From Alistipes sp. (lineage in GTDB: Bacteria; Bacteroidota; Bacteroidia; Bacteroidales; Rikenellaceae), in contig JAFVVS010000123.1 of NCBI GenBank assembly GCA_017502025.1, positions 2,049 to 66,048 of the forward strand: a DNA stretch of 64,000 bases, read 5' to 3'. Below the pieces are notes generated by a model. The model saw only the letters and a list, made by a program, of their open reading frames with translations. It ran no database searches and was not told the origin of the DNA. The translations under genes and the position numbers were made by a program. Each line of letters starts with the position of its first letter. Within the stretch, counting starts at the first letter, position 1. Shown in pieces: positions 39,742 through 48,062 of this stretch.

Positions 39742-41430
39742 ATGAAAAATCTTTTTAAGTTGACATTGGTTCTTGCGGCTGCCGCTTTGACCTTGACAGG
39801 TTGCGACTGCTTCAAGAAGATGGCGAAGAACCCTTCGGCTATCACAGTTACTTGTACTCCGGATGTCCTCGTTCTCAACAACGGTAAGGTTGTTGCTGAC
39901 ATCACAGCTGAGGTACCTGCAAAGTATTTCAACAAGACCGCTTCGTTGAAGGTTACTCCTGCTTTGGTTTATGCAGGTGGCGTAACCAAGGGTAACACTC
40001 TCCTCTTGCAGGGTGAGAAGGTTGCTGACAACGGTATGCTCGTTAAGAATGGCGAGGCTCTCTCGATCAAGCGTCACATCGAGTTCGCTTACAAGCCAGA
40101 GATGCAGCTCTCGAACCTCGTACTCATCGTTGAGGTTAAGTGCAAGAGCGGTAAGTGCAAGGAGTTTACTCTCATCAACGCTAACACAGGCGAGGTTCTC
40201 GCAGCAGACACAAAGCTTACTCCTGCTGAGTATGGTTTGACCATCGCAAAGGGTATCAACACCTTGCAGGCTGAGCTCGACTTCTCGGAGGCTATGCAGA
40301 GCGCAGCTAACAACTACAAGCGTGTAACTACCGTAGTAACAAAGGCTGATATCGTTTACAAAATCAACTCTTCGCGTGTTGCAAAGAAGGCTGTTGAGAC
40401 TGAGGAGTTGAAGTCTTTGAAGGCTGGTGTTGAGGCTAACAAGGCTAACGACCGTGTTGCACAGTCGCTCTATGTTAACGGTTATGCTTCGCCAGATGGT
40501 CCGGAGAAGTTCAACGACAAGTTGTCGGAGAAGCGTTCGAACACCGGTTTGAAGGCTGTTGAGAAGTTGCTCGCTGACGCTGGTTTGAATATCGACGCTG
40601 CTGCTTACGGCGAGGACTGGGAGGGCTTCCAGGCTGCTGTTGCTGCATCGAACATTGCAGATAAGGACCTCATTCTCCAAGTTTTGAAGATGTACTCGTC
40701 GAGTGCAGAGCGTGAGAAGGAGATCAAGAATATGTCGACTGTATTCAAGTCGCTCAAAACTGATGTTTTGCCACAGCTCCGTCGTGCACAGGTTGTAAAT
40801 AGCGCAGATGTTACAGGTTGGAGCGATGAGGAGATGGCTGCATTTGTTAAGGAGGGCAAGGCTTCGACTTTGAAGTTGGAGGAGTTGCTCCACATTGCAT
40901 CGGTTTGCGACTGCGTTGCAGAGGCTGCATTGGTTGAGGCTACTAAGTCGGGCGACGCTCGTGCTTGGAACAACCTCGCATTGGTTTATGCAAAGGCTGG
41001 CAACTACGCTAAGGCTGTTGAGTGCTTGAACAAGGCTGACAAGAGCGTTGCTGCTGAGTTGAACAACAACTACGCTTTGGCATACGCTGCTGAGGGCGAT
41101 GTAGCAAAGGCTGAGGGCTATGCTGCAAACGCTTCTGCTGAGGCTAAGGCTTTGGTTGCTGCTGCAAAGGGTGACTACGCTGCTGCAGCTCAGACTTTGA
41201 AGTCGGGCTACAACGCTGCTATCGTAAACTTGCAGAATGGTAACCTCGCAGCTGCTAAGCAGTGCATCGCTAGCGATATGTCTGCTAAGGCTGACTACCT
41301 CCGTGCAGTTATCGCTTGCAAAGAGGGTGATGTTAAGGGTGCTAAGGCTCAGCTCAACAGCGCAATCTCTAAGGATGCTTCGTTGAAGGAGAAGGCTGCG
41401 AAGGATGTTAACCTTGCATCATTGAAGTAA
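39742..41430 (+). CDS. Lipoprotein with OmpA-like and TPR domains
   Basis: Lipobox LTGC; GYASPDG..FN..LS..R; Ala-rich TPR helices; promoter TATATTTG at 39646. Confidence 0.8.
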   Translation: MKNLFKLTLVLAAAALTLTGCDCFKKMAKNPSAITVTCTPDVLVLNNGKVVADITAEVPAKYFNKTASLKVTPALVYAGGVTKGNTLLLQGEKVADNGMLVKNGEALSIKRHIEFAYKPEMQLSNLVLIVEVKCKSGKCKEFTLINANTGEVLAADTKLTPAEYGLTIAKGINTLQAELDFSEAMQSAANNYKRVTTVVTKADIVYKINSSRVAKKAVETEELKSLKAGVEANKANDRVAQSLYVNGYASPDGPEKFNDKLSEKRSNTGLKAVEKLLADAGLNIDAAAYGEDWEGFQAAVAASNIADKDLILQVLKMYSSSAEREKEIKNMSTVFKSLKTDVLPQLRRAQVVNSADVTGWSDEEMAAFVKEGKASTLKLEELLHIASVCDCVAEAALVEATKSGDARAWNNLALVYAKAGNYAKAVECLNKADKSVAAELNNNYALAYAAEGDVAKAEGYAANASAEAKALVAAAKGDYAAAAQTLKSGYNAAIVNLQNGNLAAAKQCIASDMSAKADYLRAVIACKEGDVKGAKAQLNSAISKDASLKEKAAKDVNLASLK

Positions 41431-41472
41431 TTTCTTGTGATAAGCCGCAATCTACGGCACATCGCTAAAAGT

Positions 41473-41522
41473 AAAAGACCTCGGGCTGTACGCTTTTGTA
41501 CTATCCCGAGGTCTTTTCTTTT
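41473..41522 (+). terminator. Intrinsic terminator
   Basis: AAAAGACCTCGGG...CCCGAGGTCTTTTCTTTT. Confidence 0.8.
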
Positions 41523-41677
41523 GCGATGCGTCGCATCTCACGGCTTCTGACAAGAAATCAAATTGTTTTTTGTAACATCGTAGATGTCGTTCTCTCGCAA
41601 TCAAAAGTGGTGAAAAACGCAGTTTTTCTGAAAGTTTTTGGTGCCGCTTTTCCCAAAAAGGGGCAAAGAGAAATAAT

Positions 41678-42370
41678 TTACAACACTATGCGTCTGCGAT
41701 AGCGGTTGTAGAGATGAGTGACCTTATTAACATAGGTGATAGTCTCGTCGCTGCCGTGGAAGGCTCCCGACTGCACCACCTCGTGGTCGGCATATTCTGG
41801 CTCGGAGAGGAGTGATAGGTAGGTCGCTACGGCGTTCCAACTCTCGTCGTCGTCATCGTGGTACTCTGCGAGTCGTCGAGCGTCGGCAATGCGTGGGTAG
41901 CCGGCATTATAGCAGGCGAGGATAAAGTTCAATCGCTCCTCCTTGTCGAAGTCGGCGGAGAGTCGAAGCATCTTGTTGTTTTCGAGGAGTAGTTGTGCTG
42001 CAATCTCGACATTTGTCTGCGCATCGAAGAGTGCCTCTCGGGCATAGCCCATATTGCGAGCTACGAGCGGCATAATCTGCATCAAGCCTACTGCTCCAAC
42101 CTTCGATACGGCATCGAAGCGAAATTGCGATTCGGTGCGGGCAATGGCTGCGAGGAGTAGCCAATCTATGCCATACTTTTCGCCTACCGCTTGGAAGATA
42201 TGGTCGTAGGGGGAGATGGCATACGATGATGCAACCTCCTCAGTTTCGAGTGGTTTAGTAGCGTTCTGATGTTGTTTGCTGATGTCGGCGACAACGAGTG
42301 CCGAGAACGCACCCACCGAGACAAAGAGTATCGGCAGGATAGCGTTAGATATAAATTTTCTCCACATCAC
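41678..42370 (-). CDS. Lytic transglycosylase (SLT/MltF-like catalytic domain)
   Basis: TESQF catalytic Glu, GAVGLMQ, CYNAG, ETITYV. Confidence 0.88.
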   Translation of the reverse strand: MMWRKFISNAILPILFVSVGAFSALVVADISKQHQNATKPLETEEVASSYAISPYDHIFQAVGEKYGIDWLLLAAIARTESQFRFDAVSKVGAVGLMQIMPLVARNMGYAREALFDAQTNVEIAAQLLLENNKMLRLSADFDKEERLNFILACYNAGYPRIADARRLAEYHDDDDESWNAVATYLSLLSEPEYADHEVVQSGAFHGSDETITYVNKVTHLYNRYRRRIVL

Positions 42371-42379
42371 CCATAAATT

Positions 42380-44548
42380 TTAGTCGTAGAAGGTCCACGA
42401 GATTCCAAATTTGAACATTCCGGGGTTAAGTGGGTATCTGGCTACGGCAAAGTACTCCTGATTGCCGAAGAGTCCATAATTCCAGTGCTGATACTTCAAG
42501 AGTATGCGCATACGCTTCCACTTCGCAGCAATAAATGCATCGAGGTAAGGGTAGTTGCCCACCTCGGTCTCGTTCTGGTTGTAGAAGACCGAAAGGGCAG
42601 GGTTATAGCCCTGTGCAAAGTAGCGAGTATTAAATCTTCCATCGACACCTACCTGCAAGCGCAGAATATCTCGCTTAACCCAGAACTCGTAGTAGTACGA
42701 GAGGAAAGCCGATACGAGTGGCAATGGAACAACCTGACGATTTGAGGTGAGCTGCACCAAAACTCGGTGGTCGAGATGCACACCTTTGATGTTGAAATTC
42801 TTCTGCGCATAGATGCTCGTTACACTCACGGCACCATCGTGCTGCTTAGGCATACAATCGGCACCATAGTATATCTTGTTGCGCAAAATGCTCTGCCAGA
42901 AGCCCAACTCTATGCCGTAGTCGGGAACGGTGAAGGCGATGTTAAATCGTGTTTCGCCCTCCTTCTTGAAGTCGTTGTTCCAACGGTAGTGGTTCGAGTT
43001 CCAATGGTTTTGCCAATATGCCGGCGAGGTCATCGACTCGGAGAATGAGCCCGAGAGGGTAATCGGCTTCTTCTTGATGTATGCGCTGAACGATGCTCGT
43101 GCCGAAATCTCGTAGTCGCCACCACGATAGCCCGACGGGTAGAGCTTGAAGTTTGCTCCCCAATCGGCATATTTGCGAATCTTACCCTGCACACCTGCGT
43201 AGGCAAACCATGAAGTCTTATTTACCTTCTTGATCTTGCCCGAGAGGTAGTCCTTCTCGGCAAATTGCGAGTAGGTGTGAACATCAATGCCCACACCGCC
43301 GTCGAGTGTTCCTACTGCTCCATTTCGATCCCAAGGCTGCGCCTGTACGAATATGCGGTTTGTGATTATGCGCTCGTAGGTCGAATCTCGTGTCTTCTCG
43401 GGGCTGTAAAACCAATCTTTATAGTAGGTATCCGTGTGCGAGGTGAATGATCCGTTCGGATTACGCTGATATCGCTCATCCTTGTAGGTAGAGTACTTGT
43501 CGACATAGAGCTTGCTCCACTCGTTGTACTCGAAGGTGTGTCCCACATATATCGCAGGAAGATCCGACATCGAGAAATCTCGCTCGGTCATCCTCACGAA
43601 TGGAATACCTACGGACTGCTTGATGAAGAAGGCGTTGTTGCGATAGGTGTTCTTCGCCTCGGCTCCCGCCAAACGCATCGGAACACCCGAAGGCATCTCG
43701 AAAATGGTATCCGTAATAGCCCAATCGCCTACGACACCACCACTCTCCTGCTGCTCGACCTTGTTGTGGGTGTAGCCCGCAAAGACCGAATATCGCTTGC
43801 CGGTATGCGCTACCGTACCCGAGAAATTCTTGTTGCGCACCCTCGATACATCGTACTTACTGCGTGAGCCCCTCGAACGGAAATTCAACGACACAGAGGT
43901 CGACGGGTTGATATTCTGCGATGCCATAATCTCGAAATGCTCCTCACGGTAACGCTTCTGTCCCGATTCGAGGTAGGTCATCCAGATGTATGGGTGCTTC
44001 ATATTGTAGAATGGCACATTCTCTGTGTTGTAGGAGTAGGCGTCGTATGGCTGCGAGAAAGTAAATTCTCGTGAGCGAGTGCGCTCGAAGTAATTTACCT
44101 CGGTCGAAGCCTGTCCTAAACCACCCACCGAGTTATTACCGAGTCGCTTGTGGTAGTGAGGGTAGTCCAAACGCCACACCATCAATGTGGTGTCTATCGG
44201 CTCAACCTCTACGGTGTTGTACTCTCTGTTGATGTGCCACTTGAAGTTGCGCAAGGCTCTAATCGAGTCGTTGAAGAAGTAGGACTCCAATGGTTTGCGT
44301 GGTTTCTTCTTCTTTGTGCTGTCGGCCTGCTCTCCATTTATCGGGTTGCCATTCTCGTCTAACTGCTGACCATCTGTGCCTTGCTGCGATGGGTCGAGTG
44401 GCATACCGTTAGCATCTAATCCCCTCTGCTGATTGCGCTGGGCATTCATCAGGGCTCGGGCATCTATCTGTGCCGACGCACCGGCACTCACCGCAACCAC
44501 AAGGATTGCAGCAAGCATCGCACGCCATATTTTTGCCCCGATTTTCAC
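42380..44548 (-). CDS. Putative outer-membrane porin (Bacteroidetes putative-porin family)
   Basis: Signal peptide after GTG at 44548 (start uncertain); amphipathic strands; ends FKFGISWTFYD. Confidence 0.75.
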   Translation of the reverse strand: MKIGAKIWRAMLAAILVVAVSAGASAQIDARALMNAQRNQQRGLDANGMPLDPSQQGTDGQQLDENGNPINGEQADSTKKKKPRKPLESYFFNDSIRALRNFKWHINREYNTVEVEPIDTTLMVWRLDYPHYHKRLGNNSVGGLGQASTEVNYFERTRSREFTFSQPYDAYSYNTENVPFYNMKHPYIWMTYLESGQKRYREEHFEIMASQNINPSTSVSLNFRSRGSRSKYDVSRVRNKNFSGTVAHTGKRYSVFAGYTHNKVEQQESGGVVGDWAITDTIFEMPSGVPMRLAGAEAKNTYRNNAFFIKQSVGIPFVRMTERDFSMSDLPAIYVGHTFEYNEWSKLYVDKYSTYKDERYQRNPNGSFTSHTDTYYKDWFYSPEKTRDSTYERIITNRIFVQAQPWDRNGAVGTLDGGVGIDVHTYSQFAEKDYLSGKIKKVNKTSWFAYAGVQGKIRKYADWGANFKLYPSGYRGGDYEISARASFSAYIKKKPITLSGSFSESMTSPAYWQNHWNSNHYRWNNDFKKEGETRFNIAFTVPDYGIELGFWQSILRNKIYYGADCMPKQHDGAVSVTSIYAQKNFNIKGVHLDHRVLVQLTSNRQVVPLPLVSAFLSYYYEFWVKRDILRLQVGVDGRFNTRYFAQGYNPALSVFYNQNETEVGNYPYLDAFIAAKWKRMRILLKYQHWNYGLFGNQEYFAVARYPLNPGMFKFGISWTFYD

Positions 44549-44553
44549 TCCGT

Positions 44554-45270
44554 CTATCGCTTTTTTGCCACCCAACGCACGGTCGAGATTGCTATATATA
44601 GAACGATTATTGCAGGAATTGCGTATAAACGAATCAAATTTATTGCTAAACACGCTGTGAGGAGGAATCCGTAGCGTATCTTATTGTCGGTGCTACCGAG
44701 ACCCCACTCGTGGAATTTGAGCGAGAACATTCTTATCGGGCTGATAAGCAAGAGTGCTACCAATACCGAGATAAGTGCCAACCACTCCAACTCAATAACG
44801 AGCGAGTTACGCTCGCACAACATAGCCAACGAACCGAGCAGAATTGCTGCACCAGGCGTTGGGAGTCCTTCGAACTCCTCCTTCTGGGTCTCGTCGATGT
44901 TGAACTTTGCAAGACGAAGTGCCGAGAGAGCCACCACGATGAGTGGAATATAGCAAACCACCTCGCTCCACATCTCGTTCAAGCCAAATGCCGAAGGCAT
45001 CTGACCGCACAATACCGACATTGCTACTGCCGGTGCAACGCCAAACGATACCATATCCGCCAATGAGTCGAGCTGAACGCCAAGTGCGGAGTATTGTTTG
45101 AGCAGTCGGGCACTGAAACCATCTAAGAAATCGGCTACGGCCGATGCGATGATAAAGATGAATGCCATCTGTAAGTCGTTGTAAACCAACGATGAGATAA
45201 TCGAACCCACGCCACACAAGAGGTTTGTCAGCGTAATGCAGTTGGGTATGGTAAAAAGTTTAATCTTCAT
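44554..45270 (-). CDS. pssA: CDP-diacylglycerol--serine O-phosphatidyltransferase
   Basis: ADFLDG..AR.......G.QLDSLAD, RLAKFN, GLPTP. Confidence 0.9.
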   Translation of the reverse strand: MKIKLFTIPNCITLTNLLCGVGSIISSLVYNDLQMAFIFIIASAVADFLDGFSARLLKQYSALGVQLDSLADMVSFGVAPAVAMSVLCGQMPSAFGLNEMWSEVVCYIPLIVVALSALRLAKFNIDETQKEEFEGLPTPGAAILLGSLAMLCERNSLVIELEWLALISVLVALLLISPIRMFSLKFHEWGLGSTDNKIRYGFLLTACLAINLIRLYAIPAIIVLYIAISTVRWVAKKR

Positions 45271-45393
45271 AGTCTGCGCAATTTATCACGCAAAGATAAG
45301 AAAAAGTTTTGGTTTTTAATTAAAATTAAAAAAATAAGAGTCAAGAATTTTACTTCTCAACTCCTAACTCTCAACTCTCAACTCTCAACTTGT

Positions 45394-45972
45394 TTAGTAG
45401 TTTTCTCTCTTTGGCTCGAAATAGCTCTGCGGATGCTGGCAGGTCGGACAGGTGCGAGGAGCATCCTTTGCCTTGCAGACAAAACCGCAGTTGCGACATT
45501 GCCACCAGATGGCGTCGTCACGATGGAAGAAGTTGCCGTCGGTTAGGCGTGAGAGTAGCTTCAAGTAGCGATTTTCGTGCTCTACCTCCACGGTCGAAAC
45601 CATTCGGAAGGCACTCGCCACCTCGGGGAAACCCTCCTCCTCGGCAATGTTGGCAAAGGTGGGGTAGAGTACATCCCACTCCTCACGCTCACCCTCGGCT
45701 GCGGCGAGAAGATTTTCGAAGGTCGAGCTGATAATGCCGGCGGGGTAGGTCGCATCTACGATTGTCGCCTTGCCTCCTTCGAGGAGCTTGAAAAATACCT
45801 CGGCGTGCTCTTGTTCTTGCGCTGCTGTTTCGTCGAATATGGCAGCGATCTGCTCGTAACCCTCCTTGCGGGCACGCTTGGCGAAGAATGTGTAGCGGTT
45901 GCGTGCTTGCGACTCTCCGGCAAAAGCCTTCAATAGATTTTGTTCGGTGCGTGTTCCTTTGATGCTTTTCAT
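45394..45972 (-). CDS. rbr: Rubrerythrin
   Basis: AFAGESQA, EQEH, EVEH, C-terminal CRNC...CPTC. Confidence 0.96.
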   Translation of the reverse strand: MKSIKGTRTEQNLLKAFAGESQARNRYTFFAKRARKEGYEQIAAIFDETAAQEQEHAEVFFKLLEGGKATIVDATYPAGIISSTFENLLAAAEGEREEWDVLYPTFANIAEEEGFPEVASAFRMVSTVEVEHENRYLKLLSRLTDGNFFHRDDAIWWQCRNCGFVCKAKDAPRTCPTCQHPQSYFEPKRENY

Positions 45973-46104
45973 TGTGCGAAATTTTTAATATGTTCGAGGG
46001 TATTGGGGCAAGATTTATGCCGATTTTATAGCCTGTTTGGGTGATAAATGGTAAAAAAGTAATTTTTTTTTTGAAAAAAGTTTGGTGGAAAGAAATTTTT
46101 GCTT

Positions 46105-46112
46105 TATCTTTG
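46105..46112 (+). promoter_or_regulatory. Bacteroidetes -7 promoter element for tRNA-Lys
   Basis: TATCTTTG, with TTTG at 46081. Confidence 0.7.
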
Positions 46113-46145
46113 CACTCGCAATCGGGTAGAACCGAGAGCGGTAAT

Positions 46146-46218
46146 GCCTCTTTAGCTCAGTTGGTAGAGCACGACACTCTTAATGTTGGGGTCCAGGGTT
46201 CGAGCCCCTGAGGGGGTA
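46146..46218 (+). tRNA. tRNA-Lys(CTT)
   Basis: GCCTCTTTAGCTCAGTTGGTAGAGCACGACACTCTTAATGTTG...GGTTCGAGCCCCTGAGGGGGTA. Confidence 0.95.
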
Positions 46219-46220
46219 CG

Positions 46221-46252
46221 AAAAAGGAAGATCGAAAGGTCTTCCTTTTTTT
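46221..46252 (+). terminator. Intrinsic terminator after tRNA-Lys
   Basis: AAAAAGGAAGATC-GAAA-GGTCTTCCTTTTTTT. Confidence 0.85.
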
Positions 46253-46381
46253 GTACCAGTGTGTTACCTATCCCCCAAACCCCCTTTCTGTAAAGGGGGC
46301 TTAGTTTTTTCTGCCCACTCGGGCGAGAACCCTGGCTGCTCCTCCCTTCCAGGGGGGGGAGGGTGCAATAGCAACCTATCA

Positions 46382-46555
46382 TTAATCTTCTCGTTTGCCC
46401 CAGCAGTGTTCGTAAAGAGGACAATGAGGTTGGCAACCGAAACTATCGTAGCCGTGCGGACATCGCCACTCTTGATGTTGACCGCTGTTGCTTGCAGCCT
46501 TGCCTACTGCCCAGCCAACGATACCCAATACTATAATAAGAAAGATAAATCCCAT
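46382..46555 (-). CDS. Small membrane-anchored Cys/His-rich protein (57 aa), hypothetical
   Basis: Manual translation MGFIFLIIVLGIVGWAVGKAASNSGQHQEWRCPHGYDSFGCQPHCPLYEHCWGKRED; A-rich leader. Confidence 0.6.
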   Translation of the reverse strand: MGFIFLIIVLGIVGWAVGKAASNSGQHQEWRCPHGYDSFGCQPHCPLYEHCWGKRED

Positions 46556-46611
46556 ATGATTTTAATTACTGATTACTACCTCATGAGAAGGTCAAGCCGT
46601 ACGAGATTAGG

Positions 46612-46740
46612 TTATTTTCGGGTGTTATCGTCATTTATTAAGTGCGCTATACAAATAGCAGCGATTACGAAGCAACAAAAAAATGAGTAAAGCCCAAAAA
46701 GGGCTGAGCCGACTAGGCTCGAAATAACTACAAGTCCCAT
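46612..46740 (-). CDS. Small hydrophobic protein (42 aa), hypothetical
   Basis: Manual translation MGLVVISSLVGSALFGLYSFFCCFVIAAICIAHLINDDNTRK. Confidence 0.45.
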   Translation of the reverse strand: MGLVVISSLVGSALFGLYSFFCCFVIAAICIAHLINDDNTRK

Positions 46741-46802
46741 AATATCCTACCTTAAATTGTTAAACATTAATCAAATTCCTTCTCTGTACCCGGCACGCTC
46801 TA

Positions 46803-46925
46803 CTAAGCCTCCTCTACAACGCTTCGGCTCTCTATCAAATAGATTGCAATACCACTCGCCGCAATTACACCTACTGCCAAGACCTTTGCCAAAACACCAC
46901 CTACAAAAATCAAAATATCCATCAT
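46803..46925 (-). CDS. Small hydrophobic protein (40 aa), hypothetical
   Basis: Manual translation MMDILIFVGGVLAKVLAVGVIAASGIAIYLIESRSVVEEA; AT-rich Bacteroidetes-type leader. Confidence 0.5.
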   Translation of the reverse strand: MMDILIFVGGVLAKVLAVGVIAASGIAIYLIESRSVVEEA

Positions 46926-46970
46926 AGTTTAATAGTTTTATTGGTTCACGATGCAAATATCCGATGTATT

Positions 46971-46989
46971 TTTGACAGTTTGTGTCAAA
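46971..46989. promoter_or_regulatory. Palindromic operator candidate TTTGACA-N5-TGTCAAA
   Basis: Perfect 7-bp inverted repeat upstream of the near-consensus -7 (GATATTTG, minus strand) of the small-ORF cluster. Confidence 0.5.
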
Positions 46990-47005
46990 CACTAAAAAAA
47001 ATAGC

Positions 47006-47033
47006 AAAAAAAAAGGTTGCCCGAAGGCAACCC
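47006..47033 (-). terminator. rplS terminator
   Basis: GGTTGCC-TTCG-GGCAACC followed by poly-T on the minus strand. Confidence 0.85.
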
Positions 47034-47054
47034 AAAATGTAAGTTGTAGCGCTA

Positions 47055-47438
47055 CTACTCTGCCTTTGGAGCAACCGGCATACGACGCTCCTTGATGCGA
47101 GCCTTCTTACCGGTCAACTCACGGAAGTAGTAGATACGAGCACGGCGAACAACACCATACTTGTTAACCTCGATCTTGTCGATGTGTGGTGAGTAGAGAG
47201 GGAAGATACGCTCAACGCCTACGCCGTTCGAAATCTTACGGATAGTAAACATCTTGGTCTTACCTGTACCCTTGATCTGGATAACTACACCACGGAAGCT
47301 CTGCAAACGCTCCTTGCTTCCCTCGATGATACGATAAGTTACGGTGATTGTGTCACCTGCTGAGAACTGAGGGATGTCGGCATCAGTCTTTGTCCACATC
47401 TGCTCGTTCACGAGTCTGATTAATGAATCCTTGTTCAT
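47055..47438 (-). CDS. rplS: 50S ribosomal protein L19
   Basis: F.AGDT..V...[26 protein letters not shown]. Confidence 0.98.
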   Translation of the reverse strand: MNKDSLIRLVNEQMWTKTDADIPQFSAGDTITVTYRIIEGSKERLQSFRGVVIQIKGTGKTKMFTIRKISNGVGVERIFPLYSPHIDKIEVNKYGVVRRARIYYFRELTGKKARIKERRMPVAPKAE

Positions 47439-47602
47439 TGTTGCAACAAAAATTTAATAAGTTTCCATTCAACATTATCGCTGCAATCTCGCTACCATAG
47501 TCGGACACTGCCGTCTAATCCTTGCCGAAGCACTTTTTGCTCGATTACCCTATATAAGAGGTTGATATGCGGGGGCAAAGATACAACCTTTTTTCAAAAA
47601 AA

Positions 47603-47728
47603 CAAAATCGTTCTGATGAGTTCTTTTTGCACGAGTGTGTCGGATAGCGAAATGCTCACATAGGCTTACTATGCTGCGCTTTCGCTACCTAACATCGCAC
47701 AAAAATAATCTCATCATTGACGATTTTG
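47603..47728 (+). repeat. ~127-bp hairpin element, copy H (plus partial left arm 47741-47766)
   Basis: CAAAATCG...CGATTTTG; core TAGCGAAA-T-GC-TCA-CATAG...CTATG-CTGC-GC-TTTCGCTA. Confidence 0.85.
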
Positions 47729-47766
47729 AAGTTGAGTAGAGTTCTGATGAGTTCTTTGCGCACGAG

Positions 47767-47932
47767 AGAGATATGAGACCAATGAGACTAATAAGACCAA
47801 TGGGACTAATGGGTGGTGATGCGTTTGCGAGCGCACCCATAGGTCTCATTTGTCCCATAGGTCCCATTTCTCCTATTTACTGCGCTAAATTTTGAATTAT
47901 AAAAAAGCCAATGGCCAATGGCTAATGGCTAA
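47767..47932. repeat. Inverted 9-mer arrays, AGCGCA/TGCGCT clamp, GCYAATG heptamers
   Basis: ATGAGACYA units versus ATAGGTCCC units. Confidence 0.7.
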
Positions 47933-48062
47933 AATAAAAAAAAACGAGCAATCGCTCGTTTTTTTTTATCTCTCGTCTTTTGTCTTTAACCCTGCTACGC
48001 AGGCTTTTCCTCCTTGCGGCTCGGCAAAGTGTGCAAGCACACTCTGCTCTCGCTCCGCTGCG

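Noticed and set aside
46146-47000. Intact genomic island or prophage at tRNA-Lys
   Set aside because: No integrase and no direct repeat of the tRNA 3' end found; only ~0.7 kb of accessory DNA.
46259-47007. Track ORFs 46259-46690 (+) and 46771-47007 (-)
   Set aside because: They cross REP-like hairpins or the promoter and look non-protein-like. The three short minus-strand ORFs have better leaders and coherent hydrophobic character.
2005-47932. Repeat clusters as a CRISPR array
   Set aside because: No constant 23-47-nt repeat with unique spacers at regular spacing, and no cas genes.
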